From NCBI GenBank assembly GCA_964490245.1, contig CAZBAF010000001.1, positions 25,149-89,148 of the forward strand: a stretch of 64,000 nt of DNA. Reading direction: 5' to 3'. The DNA comes from an uncultured Candidatus Saccharibacteria bacterium (GTDB lineage Bacteria > Patescibacteriota > Saccharimonadia > Saccharimonadales > JACDBH01). A program made the translations under genes and the position numbers. Below, one piece after another: positions 8,473 to 17,075 of the stretch (the stretch's first letter is position 1; the number at the start of each line of letters is the position of its first letter). Below the pieces are notes generated by a model. It saw nothing but the letters and a program-made list of their open reading frames with translations, was not told the origin of the DNA and ran no database searches.

Positions 8473-10098
8473 ATGAGTTCACCAGCTCGGCGGGAAGAAG
8501 AACAGAATACGCAGCGGCGTGCCCAGATCCTGGGCTTGCCGTATATTGATACGACCCAGCTGCCCAACCGCCAGCTGTATCTACACTTTCTGACCGTGCC
8601 GGAACTGCGTAGACTGCGCGCTGTGCCTCTGACGGCCGACCAGAGTAACGTGACCTTTGGTATTACTAACACGACTTCCCAGACCACCATGCGTCAGCTG
8701 CAGCAACGCTTTGCCGATTATCGCGTCAGCTTTGCCCTGATATCCGACACCAGCTATGACGATTACATGAAGCTGTATGACCCGCCTAAAGAGGTTAAGT
8801 ATGAAGACATCGAACTGAAGCCGCCGGCCCCCGAGGCACAGGAGGGTGAGGTTCAGGCTGATCAGACTGATTCAATCTCGGCTATCCTGTCACAGGTGCG
8901 CGCCGATGATATGTTGGCGTATCTGGTCAAGCAGGCCTATCAGCTTAAGGCGTCTGATATTCATCTTGAGACTGCCCGCGAGAAAGTGCGTATCCGCCTG
9001 CGCGTCGACGGCGTGTTGCATCCGGTGGCCGAGCTGTCGGCGGACAAATACCGCCTTCTGCTGGGGTCTATCGCCAGTGCGGCCAATATTTCTACCGTAT
9101 CCGAGGACGCACAGACCGGTCACATCGAACGCACCTACCGTCTGGCCGACAATTCCGAGGTGACAGTAAACCTGCGGGTTGAAACCGTGCCGTCCGTGCA
9201 TGGCCAGGATGCGGTGCTCAGGCTGTTTAATTTCCGGCCGGAGTTTCTTAAGCTCGAAAAGCTGGGCCTAAGCGACAGCGAGCATGCGGTAATAGATGAT
9301 ATACTGCGGCATCCGACCGGGTTGGTCCTGATTGTCGGCCCGACCGGTTCGGGCAAGACGACGACGCTCTACAGTATGCTCAACGAGCTTAACACGCCCG
9401 AACGCAAGCTGATTACCCTTGAAGACCCGGTCGAATACGTTATCGAAGGCGTGACTCAGATACCCATCAATTCGCGCGCTGACAAAGAAGGCTTTGCGGG
9501 CAAGTTGCGGGCGGTGTTGCGTCTGGACCCGGATGTGATCATGGTGGGCGAAATCCGCGATCTCGATACCGCCCGGACCGCTTTACAGTCATCACTGACC
9601 GGTCATCTGGTGCTGAGCACCTATCACGCCAACTCGGCAGCTGCGGCGCTGACGCGCATGCTGGATGCCATTGGCGAAAACCCGTTGTTTATTAACTCGA
9701 TCCGGCTGATCACTTCCCAGCGTCTGGTGCGGCGGCTGGATGATACGACCAAACAGGCCTATCAGCCGGACGAAAATGTTATGCAGTTTATTCGCCAGGT
9801 TGTCGAGTCGCTGCCGGCGGATGTCGAACGGCCCAATCTGGATCACGTGACGCTTTATCACCCCGGCGCGTCAGAGGAGTTCCCTTACGGCTTTACCGGC
9901 CAGTTTGCCATCCGGGAGTTTATGCTGATGACACCAGAGTTGCAGACGATTTTACGTAAACCGGCCCGCGATATTACCACCGCCGAGCTGGAGACTGCTG
10001 CCGTGCGCGGCGGCATGCTGAGCCTGCAACAGGCTGGCGTGCTTAAAGCGCTGGCCGGCGAAACCACCATTGAAGAGGTGTATCGCGTGGTGGGATAG
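8473..10098 (+). CDS. pilB: type II/IV secretion (type IV pilus assembly) ATPase, GspE/PilB family
   Basis: N-terminal T2SSE_N-like AQILGLPYIDT, Walker A GPTGSGKTTTLYS, VIMVGEIRD, and a His box LTGHLVLSTYHAN. ATG 8473 is preferred because TATAAT 8458-8463 lies 9 nt upstream; the ORF-track start is 8440. Confidence 0.9.
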   Translation: MSSPARREEEQNTQRRAQILGLPYIDTTQLPNRQLYLHFLTVPELRRLRAVPLTADQSNVTFGITNTTSQTTMRQLQQRFADYRVSFALISDTSYDDYMKLYDPPKEVKYEDIELKPPAPEAQEGEVQADQTDSISAILSQVRADDMLAYLVKQAYQLKASDIHLETAREKVRIRLRVDGVLHPVAELSADKYRLLLGSIASAANISTVSEDAQTGHIERTYRLADNSEVTVNLRVETVPSVHGQDAVLRLFNFRPEFLKLEKLGLSDSEHAVIDDILRHPTGLVLIVGPTGSGKTTTLYSMLNELNTPERKLITLEDPVEYVIEGVTQIPINSRADKEGFAGKLRAVLRLDPDVIMVGEIRDLDTARTALQSSLTGHLVLSTYHANSAAAALTRMLDAIGENPLFINSIRLITSQRLVRRLDDTTKQAYQPDENVMQFIRQVVESLPADVERPNLDHVTLYHPGASEEFPYGFTGQFAIREFMLMTPELQTILRKPARDITTAELETAAVRGGMLSLQQAGVLKALAGETTIEEVYRVVG

Positions 10099-10380
10099 TG
10101 CGCCTATTTTTGGTGTGATAATTTACCCCAGGCCGTTGACACTTCTTCTTCGTATGTTCATATACGTCTTTAAAATGGAGGCCTGACCTCAGGACAAATT
10201 ACCCTTGTCCACAAAATAGCCGCTTAACAGTGGTTTTCCCGTCACAAATTTCATCTGTAGCTTTACAGGGCTAGTTGGCAGGGTTGTTTGGAAAAACCGC
10301 CCGCTGCAAGAAGATAAAATTTCAGGCCAGAGTTTTTGATTTTGACAGTACAAAACTTACCTGGCTTCATACACGCTATC

Positions 10381-10534
10381 TTTTTATTATAGCATACTTG
10401 TCAAGAGTTTGTCAATATCTACCCCTGTTACATGTTATAGACTAGCCAACGTTACCAAGAGAGATATCCTGCCTAAACCCCATATTTCCTGTTTCTTATT
10501 CCATATTTCATATTTCTCTGCAGCGAACCATAAT
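10381..10534. repeat. left copy of a 154-bp perfect inverted repeat (partner 22707-22860)
   Basis: Verified base by base: the reverse complement of 10381-10534 equals 22707-22860. Imperfect homology extends to about 10295-10566. Confidence 0.95.
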
Positions 10535-10568
10535 CACCTATTATCTATTACTCTAGAGTTGCCGCGTC

Positions 10569-11702
10569 CTAAACAATAACCCTGGCAACAGCCTCAACCA
10601 CGCCGGGATCAAACGGTCCGGGGATAATCTTTTCAGCTGTTGGCTGCGGCACAAGGTCGGCCAGGGCCTGAGCGGCGGCCAGTTTATGCTGGTCGGTGAT
10701 TTTAGTAACGCCGTTATCCAGCGCACCTCGGAATATTCCCGGGAAGCCAAGCGAATTATTAACTTGATTCGGGAAATCGCTGCGGCCGGTGGCGATCACG
10801 GCGGCGCCGGCCTCGCGGGCCAGGTCGGGCAAGATCTCGGGCTCGGGGTTGGCCATTGCAAAAATAATCGGATTATCAGCCATGCTGCGTACCATATCGG
10901 CCGTAAGCAGGCCGGCCCGGGACACACCGATAAACACATCGGCGCCCATCAGGGCGTGCTCGAGCGAGCCGTTGAGGTGCTTGGGGTTGGTAAAGACCAG
11001 CAGTGAACGCTTTTCTTCATTCAAATCCGTACGATCCTTACTGATAATACCCTTGCTGTCGACGGCTACAATCTCTGCCTGCGTGTAGAGATTAAGCAGT
11101 TTAATAATGGCCGTGCCGGCGGCTCCGGCACCCACGACCACAATGCGGGCTTCGTCCAGTTTGCGGCCGGTCAGTTTGGCGGCATTGATCAGGCCGGCCA
11201 GAGTCACGATGGCTGTGCCGTGCTGGTCGTCGTGCATGACCGGTATATTCAGCTCGGCTTTTAGGCGCTCTTCAATCTCGAAACACTTGGGGGCAGAAAT
11301 ATCCTCCAGGTTAATACCGCCAAAGGACGGCGCGATGGCTTTGACGGCAGCGATAATCTCTTCCGGTTCGTGCACATCCAACACAATCGGTACAGCGTCG
11401 ACGTCGGCAAAGTGCTTAAACAGCATCGCTTTGCCCTCCATGACCGGCATGGCGCCATGCGGCCCGATATCGCCCAGGCCCAGTACGGCTGAGCCGTCCG
11501 ATACCACCGCCACCAGATTATTGGTCCAGCTGAGCTGGCGCAGCTCGTCGGGGTGTGCGGCCGCGTATTGTGCCACGCCGCCGACTCCGGGGGTGTAGTA
11601 CATGCTGAGCTTCTCTTTGCTGTCCGGAATGTCGCGCAGTGAGGTTGATATTTTGCCTTTTTTTTCGCGGTGCAGGTTTAGTGCTTCTTCATAAATATCC
11701 AT
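10569..11702 (-). CDS. NAD(P)-dependent malic enzyme (short form)
   Basis: 377 aa. LSMYYTPGVGGVA, VVSDGSAVLGLGDIGPHGAMPVMEGKAMLFK and VVVGAGAAGTA are malic enzyme motifs. Confidence 0.9.
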   Translation of the reverse strand: MDIYEEALNLHREKKGKISTSLRDIPDSKEKLSMYYTPGVGGVAQYAAAHPDELRQLSWTNNLVAVVSDGSAVLGLGDIGPHGAMPVMEGKAMLFKHFADVDAVPIVLDVHEPEEIIAAVKAIAPSFGGINLEDISAPKCFEIEERLKAELNIPVMHDDQHGTAIVTLAGLINAAKLTGRKLDEARIVVVGAGAAGTAIIKLLNLYTQAEIVAVDSKGIISKDRTDLNEEKRSLLVFTNPKHLNGSLEHALMGADVFIGVSRAGLLTADMVRSMADNPIIFAMANPEPEILPDLAREAGAAVIATGRSDFPNQVNNSLGFPGIFRGALDNGVTKITDQHKLAAAQALADLVPQPTAEKIIPGPFDPGVVEAVARVIV

Positions 11703-11722
11703 GTCAATCAGTGTATAGTTTT

Positions 11723-11772
<50 letters not shown>

Positions 11773-11907
11773 CGCTATTGATGCCATGATTGTTTAGGTA
11801 TGTAGGCATCAGCTTTGATGTATACAGCTTTGGGCGCCGGCTTTTTTTTAGAATCGCCGTAAAATTATCGAATTTTAAAAATTGTAATTTTAAAATGATT
11901 CCTACTC

Positions 11908-11936
11908 TTGCTTTAAGAGGTGAAATAGCGTATACT
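11908..11936 (+). promoter_or_regulatory. sigma70-like promoter TTGCTT-N17-TATACT, 10 nt before the rplS ATG
   Basis: Hexamers and spacing read directly. No Shine-Dalgarno fits between the -10 box and the ATG. Confidence 0.45.
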
Positions 11937-11946
11937 TGTCCGAGTT

Positions 11947-12462
11947 ATGCAAACAGCAATCAAGTCTTTAGAGAACGCGCACAAAAAACATCAGGTCGTG
12001 GACGTCATGTCCGGCGACACAGTGCGCGTGCATCAGAAAATCCGTGAAGGCAATAAAGAGCGTATTCAGGTGTTCGAGGGTCTGGTCATCCGCGCCAGTC
12101 GCAAAAACTCATTAACCAGCACGATTACCGTCCGCCGTATTGCCAGCGGTATTGGCGTTGAGAAAACCTACCTGCTGCATTCTCCGCTCGTGGTCAAGAT
12201 CGAGGTAACCAAGCGCAGCAAAGTTCGCCGCAACTACCTGACATACATGCGTGACCGGCGCGGTAAGTCTGCCCGTCTGCAGGGTCAGGCTTTCGATAAA
12301 GAAGCAGTTAACACTATTGGCGAGGATCCTGCCATTGCCGCCGCCGAAGCCGAGCTGAAGGCCGCACAAGAGGCCGAGCACCAGGCAAAAGCCGCCCAGG
12401 AAGCAGAAGAAAAAGCCAAAGAAGACGCCAAGTTCGAAGAAGCCGTCTCGAAACACGAATAA
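11947..12462 (+). CDS. rplS: 50S ribosomal protein L19 with ~55-aa Ala/Glu/Lys-rich C-terminal extension
   Basis: GDTVRVHQKIREGNKERIQVFEGLVI...ITVRRIASGIGVEKTYLLHSPLV is the L19 core. 171 aa, versus roughly 115 aa for a typical L19. Confidence 0.95.
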   Translation: MQTAIKSLENAHKKHQVVDVMSGDTVRVHQKIREGNKERIQVFEGLVIRASRKNSLTSTITVRRIASGIGVEKTYLLHSPLVVKIEVTKRSKVRRNYLTYMRDRRGKSARLQGQAFDKEAVNTIGEDPAIAAAEAELKAAQEAEHQAKAAQEAEEKAKEDAKFEEAVSKHE

Positions 12463-12488
12463 GCAATTGCCGTTCAGCGCACAATCAA

Positions 12489-12517
12489 CCGCCCGCACCA
12501 GTCGGGCGGTTTTTTTA
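12489..12517 (+). terminator. rho-independent terminator after rplS
   Basis: CCGCCCG-caccagt-CGGGCGG followed by TTTTTTT. Confidence 0.85.
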
Positions 12518-12558
12518 TGCCCATTGTTATGGTATAACTGAACCATAAAGGAGTATCT

Positions 12559-13173
12559 ATGAAGTCCAGCAGACAGCAGCGGCTTGATGAGCTTTTTGAC
12601 CGGTACGATGCATACGTAAAGGCACGCAACCCGTATGAGGTCGGCCGTATCGGTGCGGAACTCATGATTGCCCAAATGGTCGGAGCGCGCCAACGGCCTG
12701 TGAGCACGGTGTTTTCTTTAAGGGGTGTGCCGGTCTCGGCCCGCAAGAATCCCCCTAGATCTGAAGTTAGTTTTAAAGACGGCTTCAGGCAAGTCTTGCA
12801 GGCACAAATAGCCGGTGCCCATGCCGCCGTGCAGGCCTATCAGCCCCAGGTGCCGAAAGGTCGTGATCCTTCCTTTACGACCAGCGGTGATCTGGCGACG
12901 TACTATACGCCTCTGGGCGCTGCGCTGGTGCGGCGCGTGCCGCTGGTGTTTTTGGAGCGGCGGGTTCGCTATCCTGATGTGCTCAAACATATAGACCCGG
13001 ATTACCAGCCGGATGAAGACGAACGCAAGCTGCCCGTAATAGATATAGATATTATTGCCGCTCATGCTGCAGCGACCAAAGAAGATGTCAGTCGGGAATA
13101 TCCTTCTGTTACGGCCGATAGGATGGCGGGATTGATTGAGGCTGCTCACAAAGAGGGTCTTTTGGCCGCGTGA
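12559..13173 (+). CDS. hypothetical protein
   Basis: 204-aa ORF. Its stop overlaps the rnhB GTG start (GTGA). No motif recognised. Confidence 0.55.
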   Translation: MKSSRQQRLDELFDRYDAYVKARNPYEVGRIGAELMIAQMVGARQRPVSTVFSLRGVPVSARKNPPRSEVSFKDGFRQVLQAQIAGAHAAVQAYQPQVPKGRDPSFTTSGDLATYYTPLGAALVRRVPLVFLERRVRYPDVLKHIDPDYQPDEDERKLPVIDIDIIAAHAAATKEDVSREYPSVTADRMAGLIEAAHKEGLLAA

Positions 13174-13727
13174 TCGGCATAGACGAAGTCGGGCGGGGTG
13201 CGTGGGCCGGCCCGCTCCTGGTGGTGGCGGCGCGGCAGCTGCGGCCACTGCCGCACGGTGTGACCGATTCTAAAATTCTTACCAGACTGCGGCGTGAAAT
13301 CCTGTATGACGAGCTTAAAAAAGTATGCGAGTTCGGCGAGGGCTGGGTGGTGCCGGCCGAGATTGACCAGCTTGGTCTGGCTGAGGCCATGCGGCTGGGA
13401 ACAGCCCGGGCGCTGCATCGGCTGAACGCCGATAAGTCAGACAAAATAGTCATGGACGGCTCGGTCAATTACTGCAGTGTGGATTTTTACCGTTCAAGCG
13501 CTGTTATTGATGCCGATGCTCTGTTTCCTGCCGTCAGCGCGGCCAGTATTTATGCAAAAGTTGTCAGGGACGCGTATATGATGCAGCTGCCCGCCAGATA
13601 TCAGGTGTATGGTTTTGAACGCCATGTCGGCTATGGCACCCGGCTGCATATTGAGCGGTTAAAACAGTACGGGGTCAGCGATATACACCGGCGTTCGTAC
13701 GCGCCGATACGGAAGTTATTAAAATGA
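13170..13727 (+). CDS. rnhB: ribonuclease HII
   Basis: GTG start. IGIDEVGRGAWAGPLLVVAA (DEVGRG catalytic motif), DSKILT, and SIYAKVVRD. Confidence 0.9.
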   Translation: MIGIDEVGRGAWAGPLLVVAARQLRPLPHGVTDSKILTRLRREILYDELKKVCEFGEGWVVPAEIDQLGLAEAMRLGTARALHRLNADKSDKIVMDGSVNYCSVDFYRSSAVIDADALFPAVSAASIYAKVVRDAYMMQLPARYQVYGFERHVGYGTRLHIERLKQYGVSDIHRRSYAPIRKLLK

Positions 13728-14068
13728 AAAACACCACCAGCACTGGCAACAGGGCCGAGCAGGCGGTGGCCGAAGCGCTGGTGCGACAGGGTTATCAGAT
13801 TTTGATGCTTAACTGGAAAACCCGCTTTGCCGAAATTGACATAGTCGCCCAAAAGGGCACCACTCTGTACTGCATCGAGGTAAAATACCGCCAAAACACC
13901 GCTGCCGGTGATGGCTTTGATTACATTACCCCGCAAAAACTGCGCCATATGCAGCGTGCCGCCGAGGCGTGGGTGATGGATTATGACTGGCGCGGCGAAT
14001 ACACGCTGTTGGCAGCGTCGGCAGTCGGACCGCTGGATGATCCGGCGGTAGATATCAGGGAAGTCTAG
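13724..14068 (+). CDS. yraN: YraN family (UPF0102) endonuclease-like protein
   Basis: GNRAEQAVAEALVRQGYQILMLNWKTRFAEIDIVAQKG..LYCIEVKYR. 4-nt overlap with rnhB. Confidence 0.85.
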   Translation: MKNTTSTGNRAEQAVAEALVRQGYQILMLNWKTRFAEIDIVAQKGTTLYCIEVKYRQNTAAGDGFDYITPQKLRHMQRAAEAWVMDYDWRGEYTLLAASAVGPLDDPAVDIREV

Positions 14069-14088
14069 ACTGGTTTTAGCGGGTGCAA

Positions 14089-16674
14089 TCAGCTGCGGGC
14101 CAGATATTCGAGCAGTTTAATCAGGTCGCGCTCTTTCCAGGCAATTTGCCATTCCAGCATTTCGCGACCCTGTTTTATGCTGCGCTCCAGGCCCGGGGAC
14201 ATTTTTGAACCGAAGAAATCATCGTATTGACCTAAAAAGTCAGAGGAGCTGAAGCTGCGTGCGGCATAAGTGGGCATACGGAAGAAGCCAAGATCGCCGC
14301 CCAGTGCGTCCTCCAGCCAGCTCCAGCGGTTTTTGAGCCACTGCCAGGTCAGGTCTTTGGTGTGGTGGTTCATGAAGCTGTAAATCAGCCAGTAGGTCGC
14401 GTCCTGGCGGCGGACGGTGGCAGTCGGGATCAGATCCAGCGCTTTCTCGCCGAGTTCGGCCTGTTTAAACGAGGTTAGTGCTGCCGCCAGCGTCACACGC
14501 TCTTCACTTAGGGCGGTGTCATTGTGGAATTTCAGTAATTTATCGAATGTTTTGGCGTCGCCGTGACGGGCAGCGGTAACAAAGACCACGCTCCGCAGGT
14601 CCGCATGGATATCCTGCGTTTTTTGGGCACGTTTAAAACTGTCATGGCACCACTGCAGTACGTCGGGTTCATCAGCGCTGGCCGCCAGCCCTAGCAGTGT
14701 CGGGCGGAGCAGTTTATCAAAGTAGGTGTCGGTCTTTTTCTCGTCGTATCCCAGACGTTCCAGTTGCTCGGCTGTCAGCCGGACAATGAACGGCTTGATG
14801 GTTTCGCGCAGTGCTTCGTCATCCATGACACGGCGGATTTCGCCCAGGTTGGCGGCAATGATATCCCAGACCGGAGCGCTGTCTTCTTGATGATAGGCCT
14901 CCAGTAGCTTGAGGGCGTCCGTGACCGGCGTGTAGCCGGCTTTGGCGGCCTCAAAGGTATCAGACAAAAGACCAAGCCGGTCCAGCGGCTCGTAGGAACC
15001 TAAATCTTCGGCCAGTGCGTCGAGCAGGTCGCTGCTGTAGAGCGTGCGGTAAAAACCGCTCTGGCCCTGGTTAAGCTTGGTAAAATGAGCCGTATCATAT
15101 GCCATAGAAGTGGTATCAAGCCGTCCGGGGGCATCCTGGTGCGCCAGGAGAGGGATCGGCCAGTGATGCGTGGTCTTTCTGGCGGGTTTTTGCAGGTAGA
15201 ACCGCTCCTGATACAGCTGGATCTGACCCTTGTTGCGGCTGACGGTTACCAACGGGAAGCCGGGCAGCGAGGTCCAGGCGTGCATAAAGCTTTTTACCGG
15301 TTTGCCCGAGGCTTGCTCCAGTGCAGCCCACAGATCTTTTGTGTCGGTGTTGCCGTACGCGTGCTGCTTGAGGTAATGCCGCAGTCCGTCGCGGAAATCC
15401 TTCTCGCCTAAGTATCCGTGCAGCATATGAATTACGCCGGCACCCTTGCTGTAACTGATAGTGTCAAAGATAGTGCGGATTTCGTCGGGGTGGTGAACCG
15501 GTACTTCAACCGGGTGCGTGTTATCCAGAGCATCAAGCTTAAAGGCCGGCTGCTGTTCGCTGACGCCAAACTGGGTCCACATCTGCCAGTCCGGGAACAG
15601 GTGATGGCAGGCCAGGTACTCGATCCACGAGGCAAAGCCCTCGTTCAGCCACAAATCGGTCCACCAGCGCATGGTCACCAGATTGCCAAACCACTGGTGG
15701 GCCAGCTCGTGTGCAATCACCATGGCAACATATTGCTTTGCATTAAGAGAAGTGTGTTTTGGGTCCACCAGCAGCGCCTGTTCGCGGTAAGTGATCAGTC
15801 CCCAGTTTTCCATGGCGCCGGCGGCAAAATCCGGCAGTGCCACCATATCGCACTTTTCAAGCGGGTAGGGTATGTCAAAATAATCCTCATAATATTCCAG
15901 ACAGCGCACTGAGGTTTCGAGGGCAAAATCCGTCAGTTTGACGTTGTCCGGCGTGGCATAGGTGCGCACAACGGTGCCGCGCTTGGTTTTGGCCTCTTTG
16001 TATCCCATCTCGCCGTAAACAAAGGCCAGCAGGTAGGTGCTCATTATCGGGGTTGTTTCGAACTGGGTGGTGACAAGCTCTGATTGCCGGGTGGTCTTGG
16101 GCTTATCTGTGTCCTTTGCCTTCTGTTGGGGTTTGGACTGCTTTTTAACGGGCGTATTTGCCAGCACCTCACCGCCTGGCGGCGTGCACAGGGTCAGGTC
16201 AAAGGTCGCTTTGGCTTCGGGTTCGTCTATGCAGGGGAAAACCTCGCGGGCGTGGTGGCTCTCGAACTGTGTTGCCAGCAGTTTCTTATCGGCACCGTCA
16301 TGTTTAAAATAGCAGGGGTAAAGGCCGTGCATTTGATCGGTAATTTTGCCGCTGAATTCGACCTCAATGGTGTACTCGCCCGGATAGAGCATCTGCGCGC
16401 TGTGCAGGCGTAATTCGTCATAAGCTTTGTGGGTATTAATGCGCTCAACCGTCAGGTTTTCGTCTTCCTTTTTGCCGTGTCTGACAAGTTTCGCGGACGT
16501 TACTTTTAGATCTTTCTGATGCAGGGTGATGCGGTGGCTGGGCCGGCCGGTTTTTTTGGCCCTTATCCGCACCTGGCCGTTGAAGCGCATTGCCTCCGGA
16601 TCCAGCTCGAGTGTCAATTGGTAATTACTGGGTTTGAGATCGGCAAACAGCCGGGTAACATTTTTCTTCATCAA
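14089..16674 (-). CDS. pepN: M1 family aminopeptidase N
   Basis: 861 aa. GAMENWG exopeptidase motif and HELAHQWFGNLVTMRWWTDLWLNEGFA zinc motif. Confidence 0.93.
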   Translation of the reverse strand: MMKKNVTRLFADLKPSNYQLTLELDPEAMRFNGQVRIRAKKTGRPSHRITLHQKDLKVTSAKLVRHGKKEDENLTVERINTHKAYDELRLHSAQMLYPGEYTIEVEFSGKITDQMHGLYPCYFKHDGADKKLLATQFESHHAREVFPCIDEPEAKATFDLTLCTPPGGEVLANTPVKKQSKPQQKAKDTDKPKTTRQSELVTTQFETTPIMSTYLLAFVYGEMGYKEAKTKRGTVVRTYATPDNVKLTDFALETSVRCLEYYEDYFDIPYPLEKCDMVALPDFAAGAMENWGLITYREQALLVDPKHTSLNAKQYVAMVIAHELAHQWFGNLVTMRWWTDLWLNEGFASWIEYLACHHLFPDWQMWTQFGVSEQQPAFKLDALDNTHPVEVPVHHPDEIRTIFDTISYSKGAGVIHMLHGYLGEKDFRDGLRHYLKQHAYGNTDTKDLWAALEQASGKPVKSFMHAWTSLPGFPLVTVSRNKGQIQLYQERFYLQKPARKTTHHWPIPLLAHQDAPGRLDTTSMAYDTAHFTKLNQGQSGFYRTLYSSDLLDALAEDLGSYEPLDRLGLLSDTFEAAKAGYTPVTDALKLLEAYHQEDSAPVWDIIAANLGEIRRVMDDEALRETIKPFIVRLTAEQLERLGYDEKKTDTYFDKLLRPTLLGLAASADEPDVLQWCHDSFKRAQKTQDIHADLRSVVFVTAARHGDAKTFDKLLKFHNDTALSEERVTLAAALTSFKQAELGEKALDLIPTATVRRQDATYWLIYSFMNHHTKDLTWQWLKNRWSWLEDALGGDLGFFRMPTYAARSFSSSDFLGQYDDFFGSKMSPGLERSIKQGREMLEWQIAWKERDLIKLLEYLARS

Positions 16675-16866
16675 TCTATTGTAGCAGTGCCCGGCTGCAT
16701 GCTAAACTGATAATGCTTACAACAAAAATAAAAAAAGGAAAAACTAAATGTTTGGATGGCAGCAAGACCGCGAATCGCGGCAATTAGTTAGATAGTTCTA
16801 AATTCGGGAATAAGCCTGACGGCCGTCAAAGTTATTCCTGAATCATTGTTTTTGAGCACGACAAAG

Positions 16867-16890
16867 ACCGGCCGGGTGGGGCCGGTTTTT
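16867..16890 (+). terminator. hairpin plus T-run (intrinsic-terminator-like)
   Basis: ACCGGCC-gggtgg-GGCCGGT followed by TTTT and preceded by AAAG, so it could be bidirectional. There is no annotated plus-strand gene upstream. Confidence 0.5.
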
Positions 16891-16897
16891 GCTATGG

Positions 16898-16927
16898 TTT
16901 ACATGCGGGGTGCAGACATGGTATACT
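16898..16927 (+). promoter_or_regulatory. promoter-like TTTACA-N18-TGgTATACT (extended -10) in the nusA upstream region
   Basis: Hexamers read directly. The extended -10 TG is at 16919-16920. Confidence 0.5.
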
Positions 16928-16939
16928 GTGGGCACGTTG

Positions 16940-16963
16940 CCCGGCCGGAAGGTCGGGTTTTTT
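16940..16963 (+). terminator. leader hairpin plus U-tract about 6 nt after the predicted nusA-leader transcription start (candidate attenuator)
   Basis: CCCGGCC-ggaa-GGTCGGG (one G-U pair) followed by TTTTTT. It lies 113 nt upstream of the nusA ATG. Confidence 0.55.
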
Positions 16964-17021
16964 GATGCCAGGGGGGTGTGCGCGTGGCGGCAAAGCCCGG
17001 TAGACAACTAAGACTCACCGC

Positions 17022-17056
17022 CATTAACCAACCACTGGCAACTAATCACTAAAAGA
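17022..17056 (+). repeat. degenerate heptad array, TAANCAC family
   Basis: cattaac caaccac tggcaac taatcac taaaaga, in the nusA 5' leader just before the AAAGGAG Shine-Dalgarno. Confidence 0.6.
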
Positions 17057-17075
17057 CCAAAGGAGAAATGACAAA

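Noticed and set aside
10100-10380. Attempt to identify the non-coding region transcribed from the left repeat promoter as SRP RNA, 6S RNA, tmRNA or RNase P RNA.
   Set aside because: I could not find the conserved motifs of any of these (for example the SRP domain IV GGAA-loop context). Only small local hairpins are present (GAGG/CCTC, GGACAA/TTGTCC). Its identity is left open pending a covariance-model scan.
11790-12047. 85-aa ORF overlapping the rplS promoter and 5' end.
   Set aside because: It is out of frame with the clearly real L19 gene and spans its promoter. It also has a TTG start and a poor sequence.
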